Shown piece after piece: positions 51,508 to 53,506 of a stretch of DNA of 53,506 bases. Source of the stretch: Bacteroidota bacterium (GTDB lineage: Bacteria > Bacteroidota > Bacteroidia > NS11-12g > UBA9320); NCBI GenBank assembly GCA_024645005.1, contig JAHEGS010000013.1, positions 1 to 53,506 of the forward strand, in the 5' to 3' direction. Positions within the stretch are counted from its first letter, which is position 1, and the number at the start of each line of letters is the position of its first letter. The notes below the pieces were generated by a model. The model was not told where the DNA came from, did not search any database, and saw nothing but the letters and a program-made list of their open reading frames with translations. The translations under genes and the position numbers were made by a program.

Positions 51508-51539
51508 AAAGCCCATAATTTTCATTATGGGCTTTTTTT
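51508..51539. terminator. bidirectional rho-independent terminator between the convergent T9SS esterase-like gene and the TetR gene
   Basis: 9-bp stem GCCCATAAT/ATTATGGGC with a 4-nt loop, flanked by AAA upstream and TTTTTTT downstream. Confidence 0.75.
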
Positions 51540-51592
51540 ATGCATGAAACAAAACAAAGAATTTCATACATATTCAATCAGTAACAAATCAG

Positions 51593-52114
51593 CTAAACAT
51601 ACTTCTTCTTCAAAGTATGGAGCAAACGAGATGAAAGATCTTGATCGTTTCTGAGGACTACAGTGGATATAAATCCGTCGAAGTAAGCCATAATCAAATC
51701 AGCTTCACTAACAGCATCTGTATATTTTAACTCTTTTAAAGCCTCCTCGAGCATTTCTTTTAATATGAGCATATACTCACTAATCAACTCGCTATTTTGC
51801 CAACGTAATGTAAACACCAGTTTCCAATATGGAAAATCGGACTCATTTATCAAAAAGGGCATTTCCATTGCCGCTTGAATTCGTTGTTCAGGTTTTTCAA
51901 TTGAACGAATATCAGTTATGTGAACTTGAAACTGATCATTCCATGCAGAGACCAAATGATCAAGCAAGCCCTGCTTATCTTTAAAGTGCCTAAAAATAAG
52001 TCCTTCCGACACATTAGCCTGTTTTGATATCAAGCTTGTAGATACAGCACTATATCCTTTTTCAGAGAATAAAGTTAAAGCAGATTCTAGTATAGATTTT
52101 TGTTTATCAGTCAT
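51593..52114 (-). CDS. TetR/AcrR-family transcriptional regulator
   Basis: ILESALTLFSEKGYSAVSTSLISKQANVSEGLIFRHFKDKQGLL is a canonical TetR HTH. Confidence 0.85.
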   Translation of the reverse strand: MTDKQKSILESALTLFSEKGYSAVSTSLISKQANVSEGLIFRHFKDKQGLLDHLVSAWNDQFQVHITDIRSIEKPEQRIQAAMEMPFLINESDFPYWKLVFTLRWQNSELISEYMLILKEMLEEALKELKYTDAVSEADLIMAYFDGFISTVVLRNDQDLSSRLLHTLKKKYV

Positions 52115-52134
52115 AATAAGTGAGTAATTGCTTA

Positions 52135-52142
52135 CAAATATA
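52135..52142 (-). promoter_or_regulatory. -7 promoter box TATATTTG for the TetR gene
   Basis: Reverse strand exact TAnnTTTG, 20 nt upstream of ATG 52114. Confidence 0.45.
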
Positions 52143-52184
52143 TAAAAATCAAGAGAACTAGAATAAATATTAATATGTGATCAA

Positions 52185-52199
52185 TCACTTACAAAGTGA
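52185..52199. promoter_or_regulatory. candidate TetR operator (6-3-6 palindrome TCACTT-ACA-AAGTGA)
   Basis: Perfect inverted repeat 71 nt upstream of the TetR start. The half-site words AAGTGA and CTTACAAA recur at 52118-52138, overlapping the TetR -7 box. Confidence 0.3.
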
Positions 52200-52243
52200 A
52201 ATGATTTAATTTTCTCCTATTTTATCTAAATTTTTTTAATAAA

Positions 52244-52663
52244 TTATCCGTAATACTCTACAAACTGGTTTTCAGTTTCATAAAGCTTAATACAATGAAG
52301 TCGTGCGTTTTCGGGAAGCTGATCTTCTAATTGTTCCCATATTTTGATGGCAATATTTTCAATACTTGGCATCACATCTTTCAAAAAATCAACGTCCAAG
52401 TTAAAATTTTGGTGGTCTAATTTTGACACAACACGATCTTTAACAATGATTTTCAATTTTTTTAAATCCATTACAAAACCCGTATCTGGATGAGGCATTC
52501 CCTTTACCGTAACGTACAAATCAAAGTTATGTCCATGCCAATTCTTGTTTGCACAACGACCAAATACCTCATCATTTTTTTCTTCTGACCAAGACGGGTT
52601 ATACAGTTTGTGTGCACCATTAAAGTGCATTTTTCGTGTTACATAAACTTGTTTGCCTGACAT
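52244..52663 (-). CDS. queD: 6-carboxy-5,6,7,8-tetrahydropterin synthase
   Basis: 139 aa; F.GAHKL......E.N...FG.CAN.NWHGHN zinc/catalytic motif and the C-terminal ...LYETENQFVEY pattern of QueD/PTPS. Confidence 0.9.
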   Translation of the reverse strand: MSGKQVYVTRKMHFNGAHKLYNPSWSEEKNDEVFGRCANKNWHGHNFDLYVTVKGMPHPDTGFVMDLKKLKIIVKDRVVSKLDHQNFNLDVDFLKDVMPSIENIAIKIWEQLEDQLPENARLHCIKLYETENQFVEYYG

Positions 52664-52680
52664 CGTTGAGATTATGGGTG

Positions 52681-52688
52681 CAAATTTA
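52681..52688 (-). promoter_or_regulatory. -7 promoter box TAAATTTG for queD
   Basis: Reverse strand exact TAnnTTTG, 17 nt upstream of ATG 52663. Confidence 0.5.
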
Positions 52689-52775
52689 ATGCTAAGTTTA
52701 AGTCCAAACTAACTATCCCCAAAGAAATCTAAAAACACCTCCAAGATTTTAACAATTAAACTTAAATTCGTGTAT

Positions 52776-53506
52776 ATGGCCATTGTTATAACAGGTGCAT
52801 CCGGTTTTATTGCTAGTTGTCTAGTAGAATTTCTTAACCAGAAAGGGTTAACTGATTTGATTTTAGTTGATGATTTTGGCCATGAAAAAAAGTTCCAAAA
52901 CACTGAAAACAGCAACTTCACTGCTAAAATTGATCGTGATTTGTTTATTCACGACATGCATAGACATTCCATCGATTTTATTTTTCATCTTGGAGCAAGA
53001 ACAGATACGACTGAATTTGATTCAACCATTTTTGATCGGCTAAACCTGAATTATTCTAAAACACTTTGGAACTATGCAAGTGAAAATGGTATTCCTTTTT
53101 TGTATGCATCCTCTGCAGCCACATATGGAGGTGGAGAGCATGGTTTTGATGACGAACAACCAATTGACCATTTAACTCCTCTGAACCCCTATGGTCAAAG
53201 CAAACAAGATTTTGATTTATGGGTAACCAAACAAGAAAAAACACCTCCATTTTGGGTAGGACTAAAATTTTTCAATGTTTTTGGACCAAATGAATATCAC
53301 AAAGGGCGTATGGCTAGCGTAGTTATGCACGCCTTTAATCAAATTCAAAAAAATGGCAGCTTAAATCTATTTAAATCTCACAACTCCAATTATGAAGATG
53401 GTGAGCAAATGAGGGATTTTATTTACATAAAAGATTTACTGAATCTGATGTGGTTTTGGTACAAAAATCAAAACAATAGTGGCATTTATAATGCTGGATC
53501 TGGTGA
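52776..53506 (+). CDS. hldD: ADP-L-glycero-D-manno-heptose 6-epimerase-like NAD-dependent epimerase (3' end outside window)
   Basis: Not in the ORF track because it runs off the window. My translation from ATG 52776 reads MAIVITGASGFIASCLVEFLNQKGLTDLILVDDF...FLYASSAATYG...LNPYGQSK...FFNVFGPNEYHKGRMASVV, which gives the Rossmann GxxGxxG, the YxxxK motif and the HldD-type signature. Confidence 0.8.
   Translation, partial: MAIVITGASGFIASCLVEFLNQKGLTDLILVDDFGHEKKFQNTENSNFTAKIDRDLFIHDMHRHSIDFIFHLGARTDTTEFDSTIFDRLNLNYSKTLWNYASENGIPFLYASSAATYGGGEHGFDDEQPIDHLTPLNPYGQSKQDFDLWVTKQEKTPPFWVGLKFFNVFGPNEYHKGRMASVVMHAFNQIQKNGSLNLFKSHNSNYEDGEQMRDFIYIKDLLNLMWFWYKNQNNSGIYNAGSG

Noticed and set aside
52664-52775. 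Possible preQ1 riboswitch upstream of queD
   Set aside because: An exact -7 box lies 17 nt from the queD ATG, leaving a leader of roughly 10-12 nt, which is too short for a preQ1 aptamer. No hairpin/pseudoknot pattern is seen.
52709-53250. Track ORFs 52709-52921 and 53056-53250 on the reverse strand
   Set aside because: From 52776 onward both lie inside the forward-strand hldD-like reading frame, which is open to the window end and has clear Rossmann and YxxxK motifs. The 5' part of 52709-52921 lies in the queD/hldD intergenic region with no coding signal. They are treated as spurious.
1-53506. Search for tRNA, rRNA, CRISPR arrays, IS elements, integrases, phage genes or recognisable defence systems (restriction-modification, toxin-antitoxin, Cas, retron, abortive infection)
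   Set aside because: I saw no tRNA-like T-arm motifs in the intergenic gaps, no regularly spaced direct repeats, no terminal inverted repeats flanking a transposase-like ORF, and no protein with nuclease, integrase or reverse-transcriptase motifs. The only mobile-element-associated family is RadC, which here sits in a housekeeping context. This was a visual scan, not a computational one, so short or degenerate elements could have been missed.

Overview
AT-rich, densely packed chromosomal segment that reads like a Flavobacteriia-type member of the Bacteroidota. Two secreted hydrolases carry type IX secretion (T9SS) C-terminal sorting domains. Shine-Dalgarno signals are not evident, and many genes are preceded by the Bacteroidetes -7 promoter box TAnnTTTG, often literally TACCTTTG or TAAATTTG. 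I call about 52 intact protein-coding genes (one open at the 3' window edge, several with starts corrected relative to the ORF track), two probable gene remnants, four rho-independent terminators and 16 exact-consensus promoter boxes. Content is mostly housekeeping: glyQS, proS, rpsT, rsfS, gcvT, menD, sucB, oxyR, coaX, birA, accC, queD, hldD, lptC, a DEAD-box helicase plus cold-shock protein, and a System I cytochrome c maturation operon. There are also envelope glycosyltransferases, a flippase/acetyltransferase pair, a TonB-dependent receptor and an NhaC antiporter. By eye I found no rRNA, tRNA, CRISPR array, integrase, transposase or phage gene, so this is not an obvious accessory or defence island and I cannot point to a clear-cut novel multi-gene system. 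The most interesting observations are listed here. (1) A variant Ccm system whose CcmE has CxxxY instead of HxxxY, with no ccmH/G/A nearby and ccmB displaced. (2) A compact envelope-glycosylation locus (627-10001) containing two apparent pseudoenzymes: a dihydroorotase-like protein that has lost 5 of 6 metal ligands, and a GT2 fused to a phosphoglycosyl-transferase module with its catalytic core deleted. (3) A frameshifted methyltransferase plus a stop-interrupted TM2-like remnant. (4) A signal-peptide mini-protein with a poly-Arg tail after radC. (5) A class of genes whose -7 box sits only 4-5 nt from the start codon, making them candidate leaderless mRNAs. (6) Overlapping face-to-face promoters built on a perfect 14-bp palindrome between ccmB and an accC operon that lacks accB. 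(7) A T9SS esterase-like protein with the nucleophile Ser replaced by Gly, next to a TonB-dependent receptor. All functional calls rest on by-eye motif recognition; no database search was possible.
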